The notes under the pieces were generated by a model. It had not been told where the DNA came from. It did not search any database and saw only the letters and a list, made by a program, of their open reading frames with translations. Positions 1 to 15,292 of a stretch of DNA of 64,000 bases are shown here, piece after piece. Positions within the stretch are counted from its first letter, which is position 1. Every line of letters begins with the position of its first letter. The position numbers were made by a program, and so were the translations under genes. This stretch comes from Eledone cirrhosa (taxonomy: Eukaryota). The stretch is taken from the NCBI GenBank assembly GCA_964016885.1, contig OZ024751.1, forward strand, positions 3,224,001-3,288,000, read 5' to 3'.

Positions 1-672
1 CAGAATGTGTTCCTGGATCCTCAGAACCTTCCAGTCGAGAGATTCCCGCACCATTATCCTTCTCTTCTCTACTTTCGCCCGACCACACCTTGAATACTGT
101 TGTCCACTGTGGTCTCCCCACACGAAACAAAGTATCATGAAACTTGAAGCTCCTCAAAGGGCAATCACGAAAAAGATAGATGGCATGTCAGACCTTGACT
201 ACTGGGGTCGATTGGAAAACCTGAAACTTTACTCACTCCAACGTCGCCGTGAGCGTTATATTATCTGCATGATGTGGAAAATGTTCCATTATCACTGCCC
301 AAATGATGTTGGCATCGCCTTCAAGATACACCCAAGGCTTGGGCCCCGTGCTATCCGTCCCATTCAAAAATCTAAATCGCAACTCATAACAACAATACGG
401 CACAATTATTTCACCTCAATCGGCCCTGCTCTCTTCAACATCACACCAGGACACGTCAAAACAGAAACTGACCACACAAAATTCAAGAAGTCTTTGGACA
501 AATTCCTCCAAGTAATCCCGGACAAACCACCCACACCCGGATATGTCTCCGCAAACAGTAATTCTCTTCTCGAATGGGCCATGGTGCCCAAATCCTGAAT
601 TGAAAGACTTCGCCAGGTGGTGCTATTAAGTTAGACATGGCCTGGGCCAATACTGGCCAAAACATTTCAAAG
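1..672 (+). mobile_element. 3' end of a CR1/L2-group LINE (ORF2 C-terminus + 3' UTR), ending at (TA)n
   Basis: ORF 5-598 has RPHLEYCCPLWSP and LKLYSLQRRRERY motifs typical of CR1/L2-group ORF2 downstream of RT. Confidence 0.8.
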
Positions 673-722
673 TTATATATATATATATATATATATATAT
701 GTCTATATATATATATATGTCT

Positions 723-1078
723 ATAATATATAAGATCAAAAGATGGTTAAAAGAGTTCCATATATTTTATTATGCGCATTTCAAAAACAAATATCATCAT
801 GCAATAACATTTGTGTTTTCATCAGATAAAATAGGAAGACATGATATGAAGGTTAAAAAACACTTGTGGAAAGTGCAGTTTTAAATCAACATATGTTGAT
901 ATGTTGATATGATGATTTAAAACTGCACTATCCACAAGTGTTTTTTAACCTTCATATCATGTCTTCCTATTTTATCTGATGAAAACACAAATGTTATTGA
1001 ATGATGATATTTGTTTTTGAAATGCGCATAATAAAATACATGGAACTCTTTTAACCATCTTTTGATCTTATATATTAT
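723..1078. repeat. Fold-back inverted repeat, ~170-bp arms, short spacer (MITE-like)
   Basis: ataatatataagatcaaaagatgg...gtgcagttttaaatca is mirrored by tgatttaaaactgcac...ttttgatcttatatattat; ORFs 699-884(+) and 917-1129(-) translate to near-identical peptides. Confidence 0.9.
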
Positions 1079-1175
1079 GTATACGCCAGTCCTACAAACT
1101 GTAGAGTGCTTATTATCCGATATCTGCATTGCTTTATTGTACTACAATAAAACTCACCACCTACATATATATGTC

Positions 1176-1210
<35 letters not shown>

Positions 1211-1634
1211 AAATGTAATCGAAGGTTTTCGAACATTAATAATCATATTTAATTCATGCGCAATTATGCAAACAGCCTCTTTTTTGAAGCCATGTCAGTA
1301 GAGTGAGCCCCTCAGTCTTGCTCTTGTGTTGCCAGGTAAACAGAACTACGGACACTAATGTTTCTGAGTATTACCCTTCATCAGTACAGTTCATTGTTCA
1401 CCTGCCAACTGTAGAGCTAGTGAAAATATACATAAGCAGATCCACTGATCAGCCAGATTTGCATATCAGCAGACTGGCCAGTCAGTTTCCTGTATACGAG
1501 CGATTAGTGGCCGGCTTGGCCATATTAAAAAAAAATGTTTTTCGCTCTACATGGCTGAATACAATAAACGTAATCTGAGTTTTTAATACATATATCTATA
1601 TATATATATATATAACGGACCTATAACACCCCCC

Positions 1635-1774
<140 letters not shown>

Positions 1775-2003
1775 ATGCTTACGCACGTGCTCAAGTATAG
1801 CTCTTTTTACAAAACGTTTTTTTTTTCATTTCAGGTAGACGCACGCCATCATCCACTTTTCTAAAACCAAATCATACACAAAACGCCAGCACCAACAGTT
1901 TTGCAAGAGATGTCAACATGAATGGACCTATTATTTTTATCTAAAGACAGTTTTTCCAATTCCATCTCGCCCGTCCACTTAATCTATTTTATTTCTCATT
2001 CTT

Positions 2004-2039
2004 TCTTCTGATGAATGGTTAGCGTCCGAAACGTTAAGA
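2004..2039 (+). ncRNA. Candidate minimal hammerhead ribozyme (PLE type), weak stem II
   Basis: TCTT-CTGATGA-atggttagcgtcc-GAAA-CG-TT-AAGA: intact core, stem I TCTT/AAGA, palindromic stem III AACGTT. Confidence 0.45.
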
Positions 2040-2117
2040 CCCTCTTCTGTTAACCTAATATATACCTTCCAAATACTGTACCGATTGTGTTGTTATTTCT
2101 CATTTCTCTTTACCTTT

Positions 2118-2172
<55 letters not shown>

Positions 2173-2174
<2 letters not shown>

Positions 2175-3070
2175 TAGCCGAATTACCCACGCCTTGCTGC
2201 GTTTCACACATTTTTAATTTTGTAAGAAAATGATGATTGATTTTAAATCAGTGATATCATTTATGGAGAAAAATTCTTCATTTCAGTATTACTCAATGTA
2301 AAATGTAATGCATGAAAAATTGGAGAACATTATTTTTTGGTGGATTGGCAGTATCGGTAGAGGGTCGGACGTCATGCTTTCCAGCATAGCTACGTCCCTT
2401 TACGATCTAAGTTCAAATCCCGCCGAGGTTGACTTTGCCTTTCATCCTTACGGGGTCGATAAAATAAAGTACCAGTAATGCACTGGATAATTGCTGGCCT
2501 TGTGCCTAAAGTAGAAACAATTATTTTTTGTAATATATCAAATTAAAATTACATTATTAAGTCTTATTCTTATTTTGTTTCTTGTAAATAATTTTTTTCA
2601 AAATATCAATTTAAAACTTTTGTGAATAGGCATCATATCTTGTCATTTACCTATCGTTTAAATTTCATATAAATCGAAGGGAAAACATTTCAGCGGGGGT
2701 TTTGTGCCACCGAGAAACCCTTTGATTAAAATGAAATATACTTATCCAAGTACCCTGGGCAATGTAGTTTCAGAATATATATGGTTATGTGGGTCTATCT
2801 CCAAAACCATAGGAGGAGTTCGTGAAATCTTGTCCCATTTATTGGCCAAAATTTTCACTATCTCTATAGTGAAAAATTTAACCCCTATTAGGGTGTCTTA
2901 ACATTATTGAAATTTGCTAAGATTTTGTGAATAGGCATCATATCTTGTCATTTATCTATGGTTTAAATTTCATATAAATCGAACAGAAAAAAATTAAGCG
3001 GTGGTTTTCAGCGGGCTTTTGAACTCCCGGGGAACCCTTTGATTAAAATGAAATATACGTAAGAAATCAA
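2173..3070 (-). mobile_element. Putative non-autonomous Helitron-like element with an internal ~140-bp duplication and a nested SINE
   Basis: minus strand ends acgc-agcaag-gcgt hairpin, then CTAG|T into (TA)n; ~2618-2740 is repeated at ~2923-3057. Confidence 0.4.
2340..2525 (+). mobile_element. tRNA-derived SINE
   Basis: A-box-like tggcagtatcgg, B-box-like gttcaaatcc, core gcctttcatcc...ggtcgataaaataaagtaccag, tail ggccttgtgcctaaagtagaaacaattatt; other copies at ~6882-7100(-), ~7645-7805(+), ~41448-41565(+). Confidence 0.75.
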
Positions 3071-3145
<75 letters not shown>

Positions 3146-3297
3146 CGTGTGTGTGTGTGTGTGTGTGTGTGTTTCGAAAAAGTTAAATTATAGCCAAAAC
3201 ATCAAAGTCAATGCCGCCGCTTTGTTTTTCTTTGAAATTGATTGTATTGATCACCGATTAGTTAATGTCTAAGCGTTTGTATAGTAAAACACCTCCA

Positions 3298-3382
<85 letters not shown>

Positions 3383-3504
3383 CAGAGACTGGAAAATCGA
3401 AACAACGCCGCCAAAAATACACGAACACCTCCCATCTTCAATTATTCATAGATTAGTTGACACGCACACACATGTATGAATGTGTGTGTGTGTGTATATA
3501 TATA

Positions 3505-4877
<1,373 letters not shown>

Positions 4878-5030
4878 ATAAATGCTCTGAAATAGCGATA
4901 TATATGTGAAGATAGACATAGAATATTCGAAAATATTCTGTATGTTTATAATAAACATTTTGAAGACCTAATCGCTATAGAATAGAATACGTCACGTATT
5001 ACAATTAGATTCTCGATAAAAGCAAGGGAA

Positions 5031-5073
5031 GTAACCTACGCGTTTCATTCTTATTAGAAATCTTCAGGATTAC
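5031..5073 (-). ncRNA. Type I hammerhead ribozyme fold (further copies at 5341-5383 and 5652-5694)
   Basis: GTAATC-CTGAAGA-tTTCT aata AGAAt-GAAA-CGCG-TA-GGTTAC; stem I GTAATC/GGTTAC extended by ttctcgataaaagca/tgcttttatcgagaa; palindromic stem III ACGCGT; GUA cleavage triplet. Confidence 0.8.
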
Positions 5074-5900
5074 ATATCCAGTGCTTTTATCGAGAATGAC
5101 ACAGCTAGAGACTTATAGAATACTTAGCTGTGTACAGGAACTGGTTTGAAAGAGCGGTTGCCGGTCCGGCAGAAATTAGAGATTGGAATAAATGCTCTGA
5201 AATAGCGATATATATGTGAAGATAGACATAGAATATTCGAAAATATTCTGTATGTTTATAATAAACATTTTGAAGACCTAATCGCTATAGAATAGAATAC
5301 GTCACGTATTACAATTAGATTCTCGATAAAAGCAAGGGAAGTAACCTACGCGTTTCATTCTTATTAGAAATCTTCAGGATTACATATCCAGTGCTTTTAT
5401 CGAGAATGACACAGCTAGAGACTTATAGAAATACTTAGCTGTGTACAGGAACTGGTTTGAAAGAGCGGTTGCCGGTCCGGCAGAAATTAGAAATTGGAAT
5501 AAATGCTCTGAAATAGCGATATATATGTGAAGATAGACATAGAATATTCGAAAATATTCTGTATGTTTATAATAAACATTTTGAAGACCTAATCGCTATA
5601 AAATAGAATACGTCACGTATTACAATTAGATTCTCGATAAAAGCAAGGGAAGTAACCTACGCGTTTCATTCTTATTAGAAATCTTCAGGATTACATATCC
5701 AGTGCTTTTATCGAGAATGACACAGCTAGAGACTTATAGAATACTTAGCTGTGTACAGGAACTGGTTTGAAAGAGCGGTTGCCGGTCCGGCAGAAATTAG
5801 AAATTGGAATAAATGCTCTGAAATAGCGATATATATGTGTACACAGCTAAGTATTCTATAAGTCTCTAGCTGTGTCATTCTCGATAAAAGCACTGGATAT

Positions 5901-5943
5901 GTAATCCTGAAGATTTCTAATAAGAATGAAACGCGTAGGTTAC
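5901..5943 (+). ncRNA. Type I hammerhead ribozyme fold (further copies at 6211-6253 and 6521-6563)
   Basis: same motif read directly on +: gtaatcctgaagatttctaataagaatgaaacgcgtaggttac. Confidence 0.8.
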
Positions 5944-6686
5944 TTCCCTTGCTTTTATCGAGAATCTAATTGTAATACGTGACGTATTCCATTCTATAGC
6001 GATTAGGTCTTCAAAATGTTTATTATAAACATACAGAATATTTTCGAATATTCTATGTCTATCTTCACATATATATCGCTATTTCAGAGCATTTATTCCA
6101 ATTTCTAATTTCTGCCGGACCGGCAACCGCTCTTTCAAACCAGTTCCTGTACACAGCTAAGTATTCTATAAGTCTCTAGCTGTGTCATTCTCGATAAAAG
6201 CACTGGATATGTAATCCTGAAGATTTCTAATAAGAATGAAACGCGTAGGTTACTTCCCTTGCTTTTATCGAGAATCTAATTGTAATACGTGACGTATTCT
6301 ATTCTATAGCGATTAGGTCTTCAAAATGTTTATTATAAACATACAGAATATTTTCGAATATTCTATGTCTATCTTCACATATATATCGCTATTTCAGAGC
6401 ATTTATTCCAATTTCTAATTTCTGCCGGACCGGCAACCGCTCTTTCAAACCAGTTCCTGTACACAGTTAAGTATTCTATAAGTCTCTAGCTGTGTCATTC
6501 TCGATAAAAGCACTGGATATGTAATCCTGAAGATTTCTAATAAGAATGAAACGCGTAGGTTACTTCCCTTGCTTTTATCGAGAATCTAATTGTAATACGT
6601 GACGTATTCTATTCTATAGCGATTAGGTCTTCAAAATGTTTATTATAAACATACAGAATATTTTCGAATATTCTATGTCTATCTTC

Positions 6687-6722
<36 letters not shown>

Positions 6723-6881
6723 CATATATCAGGTCACTCCTGTATGTATGCTTCTGGTAACATGTAACCCAGTACAACCTGAGAAATGACGAAGGAACTC
6801 ATATGTGAGTCGATGACTATCCAATTGTAGTTTGGAGTGAGGATATATTCCTACTGATTCAGTTCTGTTATAACTATCGGT

Positions 6882-7100
6882 TAATAATGGTTTCAGATTT
6901 AGGCACAAAGCCACCAATTTTGGGAGAGGAGAACAAGTCGATTAAATCGACCCAGTTCATTACTGGCATTTTATTTTATCAACCCCGTAAGGATGAAAAG
7001 CAAAATTAACATCGGCGGGATTTGAACTCAGAACGTAAAGGCCGTAACTATATGCCGCAAATCATTTCGTCCGACGCTCTACTAATTCTCCCGCTCCACC
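6882..7100 (-). mobile_element. SINE copy (same family as 2340-2525)
   Basis: reverse complement has ctgagttcaaatcccgccg, core ...ataaaataaaatgccagt and tail ggctttgtgcctaaatctgaaaccattatta. Confidence 0.75.
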
Positions 7101-7349
7101 ATTATTTGTCCTATTATCAGTATGGTAGCCATATTGCTAATGTGGAAATATTTATGGTTTGGGGTGAGGACAAATTCTTACTAATTAAGTTGTGTTATAG
7201 TGTATATAAGAGAATGTGTCTAAAAGTTGTTTCTTGTACAGTAAACAACTAGCTTCACTCAAGTTTGGCAGAACTAGAATATAATGTTCTCTTCTTTCTA
7301 TCTCTTTCTACTATGGTTAATAATATGACATTAATATATAGTTCCATGT

Positions 7350-7560
7350 TTAGGGCATCAACGTCATCCTCGGTCTCTCTCTTCCAGTGGACCACTGAGT
7401 GCAGTCATAATTCTGAATGTCGGTGAGCATGTCCAGATTAACCTCAGTCTCCTCTGTGTCGCTTTCGAGCTGATTTTTGGGAGGCTCCTGGGAGACACGG
7501 GACACAGTGACGATGATGAAGGACAGAGACCGCTGGAGAGAACTCATCCAGGGATCTCGG
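7350..7560 (-). mobile_element. RTE-clade LINE 3' fragment related to 12023-12450
   Basis: shares gatgtcggtgagcatgtccag...aacctcagtctcctctgtgtc...gagctgatttttggga with ~12040-12105. Confidence 0.6.
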
Positions 7561-7644
7561 AAATTGTATCCACCCTAGATAGATAAAGAGATAGTTCCAT
7601 CTTATCTGTCTTATTATAAGCTTTGCAGTATAGAGATACGACCC

Positions 7645-7805
7645 TTTACGTTCTGAGTTCAAATTCCACTGAGGTTAGATTTGCTTTTCATCCGTAGTGG
7701 GTCGATAATATAAAGTACAAGTAAGGAACTGGGGTTGAATAGACTTTAATATACCTCCCCTCCCCTGAGGTTGTTGGTCTTGGGCCTAAATCAGAAACCA
7801 TTATA
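7645..7805 (+). mobile_element. SINE copy
   Basis: ttctgagttcaaattcc, ggtcgataatataaagtac, tail ggtcttgggcctaaatcagaaaccattat. Confidence 0.7.
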
Positions 7806-8194
7806 AGTGATATCTCATATTCTCTTTTGTCGTATTTTAAGCTAGATCTCAAGTTCTGTTTCGTTTTATCTCATATTAAATTCTAACGATTGAAAGAATG
7901 GGTTGACGGAAGTATCCTTTTCTCAACAACTTCGCTGCCGGGAAGGTGGCCAGTCAATATACATTTTTTCCGTTTATCGTTTTCGGTGCACCCGGCCGAT
8001 TAACCCACTCGATATACAAATTGGGCTACTCAGCCGTTAATATGCATAAGGTAAGTATATACGTTCAACCATCTGGCAGGAAGGTATACGTTGCTGACGA
8101 TAGCTAATAAGCTTGAAACTAGTACAGCGTTCCTTTGTCAGTGTTGAAAAAACGAGCAACGATGGTTGCAAGACACTGTACGGCTTAATTCGAG

Positions 8195-9760
8195 ATGTAT
8201 GATCTTCTCAGATAGACAGCTCCAGGAGAAGTGCATGGAACAAGGTTTGGATCTGTATCAGGTTTTTGTCGATCTTACAAAAGCTTTTGATACTGTTAAC
8301 AGAAATGCATTATGGAAGGTTCTCCAGAAACTTGGTTGCCCTGATAAGTTCCTTGCTTTGGTTAGGTCTTTCCATGACGACATGAAGGCTTGGGTTAATA
8401 TCGGAGGTAACTTGTCGGAGCCTATCTCAGTAAAAAAGGGAGTGAAACAGGGGGATATTCCAGCACCGACCCTGTTTGCCATATACTTTGCAATGGTTTT
8501 CTATATTGCATTCAGGAATTAAGAGCATGGTGTCTACATCCGATATCGAACCTCAGGCAGCATATTTAACATCAGGCGCTTTTCTGCAAACACAAAAGTA
8601 TTTACATCAATCATAAGCGTCCTCTTGTACGCACATGATTGCGATCTTGTAGCGCACACAGAGAGTGATATGCAGCACATTTTGAATGCATTTTCTGATG
8701 CTTGCACTGCCCTAGGATTGACTGTCAGTCTCAAGAAAAGTCGTCGTCATATACCAACCTTCCCCTGGTAGGCAGTACAGTGAACCAAATAACTATGTGT
8801 ATGGTAAACGACTTGGAGTGGTTGATCAGTTTGTCTACCTAGGAAGCACTGCCAATCGATAGGATTAGGAAAGCAAGTGATGCTTTCGGAAAGCTAGAAA
8901 GGTGACTATGGGTTCGGAGAGACATATGCAAGAAGACAAAGGTAAAGGTGTACAAGGCATGTGTGCTCTATTCTCTTCTTTATGCCTGCGAGACCTGGGT
9001 CACATATCGACACCACCTTAAGCAATTGGAGCGCTTCAGACGGATCTATGGCGTTCACTAGAGGGACCACATCAGTGATGTCGAGATTTTGGAAAGCTCT
9101 CTGTGTGACAGTATAGAAGCTCTTGTGCTTAAGCAACGACTCCGTTGGAGTGGTCACCTTGCCAGGATGAAGGATTCTAGAATACCAAAACAACTCTTTC
9201 ATGGAGAGTTAGTTAAAGGAAAACGACCTCTACATAAACCAAAAAAGAGGTTTAAGGATTCCTTGAAAGCCTCTTTAAAAGACGCTAACGTCTCTGCTGA
9301 TACATGGGAAAATATTACTGCTGATCGTAATAAATGGAGAAAGATTGTATATGAGGGAAAAGTTGCCTTTCAGGCATCTTGAATCGCATACGAGAAAGTA
9401 AAGCGGGATGTGAGGAAGGGCATTGCTGTTACACTTCCAGACGGCGAGGGCCCTCCTGCGGAGCTGACATGCAGCGTCTGTGCGAGACTCTGCCTAAGCA
9501 AAGCTGGATTCGAAAGTCATCTTCGCAGTCATAAAGTAAGACCAGTGGTTGACTACTAGGCTGCTGTTGGAGATGCTACTCATCATGCTTGCCAAGCATG
9601 TGGTAGAGAATGTAAATCAGCAGGAGGGCTCAAACGACATACAAAAGTACATGAACTCCAACCACAGCCGGCTATTCCCAGTGAATGTTTTGGTTGCCGA
9701 CTCTGTGCAAGATATTTTAGATCATTGGCTGGGCTAAAAAGCCACATTCGATCGCAGCGC
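8195..9760 (+). mobile_element. 5'-truncated decayed RTE-clade LINE (RT + C-terminal C2H2-like zinc fingers)
   Basis: RQLQEKCMEQ...FVDLTKAFDTV, GVKQGDIPAPTLF, RLRWSGHLARMKDSRIPKQLFHGEL; C-x2-C...H-x3-H patterns at ~9470-9750; frameshifts. Confidence 0.85.
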
Positions 9761-10049
9761 TGTTAATTGCTATCGTGTGTGTAGATATGTTTATGTGTGT
9801 GTGTGTGTGTGTGTGTATGTGTGTATTATCAATGTTGTTGTTGTTGTCGTTATTATTATTGTTCTTTTTCTTCTTATTATTATTTTTTTCCCGTGCAATG
9901 GCCATACTCGATAACGGGGGGGCAGCCATCATATATGTATTTTTTTTTTTAAGGATCGATCGACTTTCGTCAAATCGGACCGAGGAAACAATGTTTCCAG
10001 TTGCAATGTTTCCAGTTGCTAATACTATCTATCGGTCGCAACTCCAGGT

Positions 10050-10165
10050 AGAAGGAGAAACGTGAAATAAAGTGTCTTGCTCAAGGACATAACGCATCGC
10101 CCGGTCCAGGAATCGAACTCACAATCTCAAGATTGTGAATCCAATTCTCTAACCACTCAGCCACA
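10050..10165 (-). mobile_element. tRNA-derived SINE with CORE/V-like central motif
   Basis: minus strand: TGGCTGAGTGG (A box), GTTCGATTCC (B box), then tgtccttgagcaagacacttt. Confidence 0.7.
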
Positions 10166-10424
10166 CGTGTATGTATGTATGTATATATATATATATATAT
10201 ATGTACGTATGTATTTATATGTATGTACGTATGTATTTATATGTATGCATTTATGTTTGTATATGTATGTACGTATGTATTTATATGTATGTATATATGT
10301 ATGTATATATATGTACGTATATATATATACACACACATATATACACACATACATATATATATACATACACATATATATATACATATATATATACATACAT
10401 ATATATACATACACACACACCCAC

Positions 10425-10478
<54 letters not shown>

Positions 10479-10996
10479 ATGTATATATATGTATGTATAT
10501 ATATGTATATATATACGGATATATATAGTAATATGATTAAATGTGAAGACTAAAATCCAAAGAGAGCTCGATAAGGATAAATATATATCAAATATATAAG
10601 AACCCTAGAGCAAATATTTATGAAAATAACAGATTAAAGTTTAAGCAAAGAATCGCTGCTTTCACCCTTAACGGAATCTTCTGAAACTAAAAAAAAATCA
10701 ATCAACGCAGAAGTAAATATTTCGAAAAACGTTGGAAAACCGAAGGAAAGCAGGAAGACGATACTTTGGTTCGTGAAGACGTTCCCTGACAATGAACGGA
10801 AAAATGCGAAGATAATACGTCGTTATGTGGTGCGTGGAGAACAAATACACGCAAAGACAAAACCATGTTTATGGTATAAATGGAGTCGCAGACTAATATT
10901 CTATTTAGAAAGCCGAATGATTCTCGTCTTCGGAGATAAGAATAATGTAAATAAATTAGTAGAACGAAAATGACAGAAGTTATTAATAACCTCTGT

Positions 10997-11149
<153 letters not shown>

Positions 11150-11272
11150 ATACTTGGGGAGGGTCATATTGTTGTAATAATATTGCCAGAATTAATAACT
11201 GAACAAACTCACTGTTTGGTTGGTCTTCGCTTCTGTATCTTTTATATCAGTTAATTAACTCGCAAAACTATA

Positions 11273-11312
<40 letters not shown>

Positions 11313-11319
<7 letters not shown>

Positions 11320-12022
11320 TTAGAAACACACAGATACATGCGGACACACACATATATATACATGAATGCATCGGCACCCAACTGTGAGTTAAGGGTGCCA
11401 ACTTCACCGATGTTGCTCAATGAATGACTGGGACAGAGCAATTCAGTTTGAACCAGACTGAACCAGTATCAGAGTTAAAAATACATTATGAAGAGAGAAG
11501 AAACATTTAGATATAATTAGTAATAAAATGTATCATACCTAAACTGTTCCTAAATTCCTCGACTACGTAGTTTCGTGGCATAAACAAAAACAATATATCA
11601 AAGATATAGAGTCCCTGCGAGGTCTGCCGACTTATCAAGAGGATACCTCATTTTACTAGTCTCAAGAACGCGTCTACACGACGTGAGAAAGAATCCCAAA
11701 AGGCGGAGGGGGAGATAGTCACGCGATATAACGGTCGAGAAACAGAGCTAAGCCTCTTATAACCACGAAAAAAATACCACGGAGGCGGAGGGGGTATTCA
11801 TATCGAGGCCGTAGAAGAGGTAGTGAAGAAGGCGAGAAGTATGAGTAATGGAAACTTTCCAGTTGTCCCCACACTTCAAAGATTGCTCGACCAGAGGGAG
11901 TTATTAATACATTTAGAAACACACAGATACATGCGGACACACACATATATACATGAAGTTATAAGAGGCTTAGCTCTGTTTCTCGACCGTTATATCGCGT
12001 GACTATCTCCCCCTCCGCCTTT
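11313..12022 (-). mobile_element. PLE pseudo-LTR-like unit with direct and inverted repeats and a degenerate hammerhead
   Basis: ~50-bp direct repeat at ~11313 and ~11907; 11698-11763 inverted at 11958-12022; hammerhead-like fold at 11556-11643(-). Confidence 0.55.
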
Positions 12023-12475
12023 GTGCAATGTCAACTCTGGATGTCGGTGAGCATGTCCAGCTAACCTCAGTCTCCTCTGTGTCACTTTTGAGCTGATTTT
12101 TGGGATGCTCCCATAAAGCTCTGAGTTTTTCATCCTCAGTGTATACTGATTAATGTTCAGAGCCATCCTCAACATTCTCGTGTAGCACCCATCCACCATC
12201 TGAGTGAGTTTCTTGGTCAGTGTCCAAGTCTCAGACCCATACAGCAGCACAGACTCCACTACAGCAATGAAGAGGCGGACTTTCAGGTCTCTACGAAGGT
12301 CTGACTTCCACACCGATCTCAAGCTGTGGCACGCCGCCAGGCCTTGCTCTTCCTCTCAACCACATCATCTTCCGTATTCCCAATCTTTGCTCCCAAATAC
12401 AGGAAGCCCTCAACCAATTCTAGCGGCTTCCCGCCTACATTAGTGATCCCCTCTGGCTTCTCAACATTCTCTACC
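12023..12475 (-). mobile_element. RTE-clade LINE fragment
   Basis: WKSDLRRDLKVRLFIAVVESVLLYGSETWT...RRLRLAGH motifs. Confidence 0.8.
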
Positions 12476-12779
12476 CATTACGTTATATATATACATATTA
12501 CGTTAACGCTTGAAATAGCAGGAAGAAGGTCCATTGATGTTGACATACATACATACATATATATAGACACACATATATACTTACACACATGCACACATAC
12601 ATACATACATCTCTGTCACGCTCCACTATGTCGTTAATAAAGAGACTAGAAAATCGAATACAAAATGGCTGCTAAGTGTCAAAGATAGATAAAATAATAA
12701 ACAGGGGCACATTTTGGTTGATCCCACTCAATGCAGTCAGTGCATGTTTATTTTATTGTTTAGGTCTCCAGATTAGACA

Positions 12780-13020
12780 CGAGCACTACTACAGCTAGTA
12801 CCACCATTACCACCACTACTACCACAACTAATACCATCATTACGACCATTACCACCACTAGTACTAGAGCTAAAACCACGATTATTACCATTACCACCAA
12901 ATCCACCACACCTACTACAGCTAATAGCACCATTCCCACCACTAATACTACAGTTGGTACCACCATTACCACGACCACTACTACAGCAAATACCGCCACT
13001 ACTACCACCACAACAACCAC
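12780..13020. repeat. Degenerate (ACC/ACT)n low-complexity tract
   Basis: direct reading; explains the poly-Val ORF. Confidence 0.85.
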
Positions 13021-13274
13021 AAGGACGGTCTCGTCGTAACGAGCGCTATCCACCACATATTGTCACGCCCTTATATTGTATATTTGTTGTTCTCAAGCTT
13101 GCTAGGGAGGTGTATATTCATACAGATATACATATATAGATAGACATACTTACATATTCATACGTATATACACATATATACATATATATACGTATACATA
13201 CACATACTTACATATATACATACACATACTTATATACATACATACCTCTTAAGTATATGTGTATATAGATACGC

Positions 13275-13341
<67 letters not shown>

Positions 13342-13585
13342 TTCATACAAAGAGAAAGAGAGGGGGTGTTCAGCCAGTAGACGGGGTAGACAACTGATTA
13401 ATAACAGATGTTTCAGACACGCTCAAACATCATCCACTCCGCCATCCTTACACATCATTCGTTGTAAAGACTAAGTGTTCCCACAGACACACACACACAC
13501 ATATATATATTGTTATATTTGGGGAGGGTCATATTGTTATAATATTGCCAGAGTGATTGTGCTTTATTATTTCTGGCAATGTTAC

Positions 13586-13616
<31 letters not shown>

Positions 13617-13724
13617 CATATATATATAGATACACACACACACACATATATATATATATAGATATACACATATATATATAGATACACACATATATATATA
13701 TATATAGATATACACACACACACA

Positions 13725-13813
<89 letters not shown>

Positions 13814-13892
13814 GCATATATACATATATACATATATATATATATATATGGGTATATACATATACATACATATATATATAAATATATATATG

Positions 13893-13926
<34 letters not shown>

Positions 13927-13939
13927 TATATATATATAC

Positions 13940-13970
<31 letters not shown>

Positions 13971-14109
13971 GAGAAGTGGTGGGAGGAAGAGGACTGGGCA
14001 GAGGGGAACTTTAAATCAGTCACGGATTTTAAGATGTACAGCAATAATAAATTGTGTATAAGAGCCCCCACCTACACCACTGGCTTGCTGCATGCACCTA
14101 CCGCCATTG

Positions 14110-14283
<174 letters not shown>

Positions 14284-14434
14284 AAGAGAGATAGAGATAG
14301 AGAGATAGATGAGTTAGTAATGGAGCATTATATGTGTGTATGTATATATATATATGTGTGTGTGTACATACGTGTATATACATATATATGTATATAAAAA
14401 TATATATGTATATATAAGTATATATATGTACATA

Positions 14435-14504
<70 letters not shown>

Positions 14505-14560
14505 TATCTATATATACATATATATATATGTGTATATATATATATATCTATATATCTATA

Positions 14561-14597
<37 letters not shown>

Positions 14598-14796
14598 CGA
14601 AGGAGTTGTGGTAAGGAACCAGATGGACCATAACGCACGAGAGTACTCAATACTTAGGGTAGTAGAGTGGGTAATAGGATATGAATAACCCCGACGGCAG
14701 AGCTCAAGCCGTTTGGACGGCTATTTCTAGCCATCCCCCAGAAATAGACGTCGAAACGGCTTGATCTCTGCCGTCGGGGTCATACATTTTCCTATA

Positions 14797-14842
<46 letters not shown>

Positions 14843-14931
14843 TATATATATATATATATATGAAAAAAAAATTGGAGTGAAAGCAACTGGTGCGTGTGTT
14901 TCTTATTGGCAACATGACCCTCCCAAAGCAT

Positions 14932-14971
<40 letters not shown>

Positions 14972-15237
14972 ATACTTGAGAAATAAAATTTCATTTTTTC
15001 CATTTATCGTTTTTGGTACGCCCGGCCGACTAACTCACTCGATATGCAAATTAGGCTGCTCAGCCGTTAATAAAAGGCAACGATGGTTGCCGAACACTGT
15101 ACGGCTTAATTCTGGCTTTTTGTTTATTATAATAAATGTTCGCTAAACCCATACGTACATATATATATGTGTGCATGTATGTATGTATATACATACTACT
15201 GTACGTCTGTATACATATATGTATGTACGTATATATA

Positions 15238-15286
<49 letters not shown>

Positions 15287-15292
<6 letters not shown>

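Noticed and set aside
1815-1945. Possible host exon after a polypyrimidine tract + CAG
   Set aside because: No recognisable peptide or partner exons; cannot be supported without transcript data
10650-10690. Hammerhead-like CAGAAGA...GAAA on the minus strand (a similar weak case at ~17080-17165)
   Set aside because: Core mismatched and stems I/III not convincingly formed
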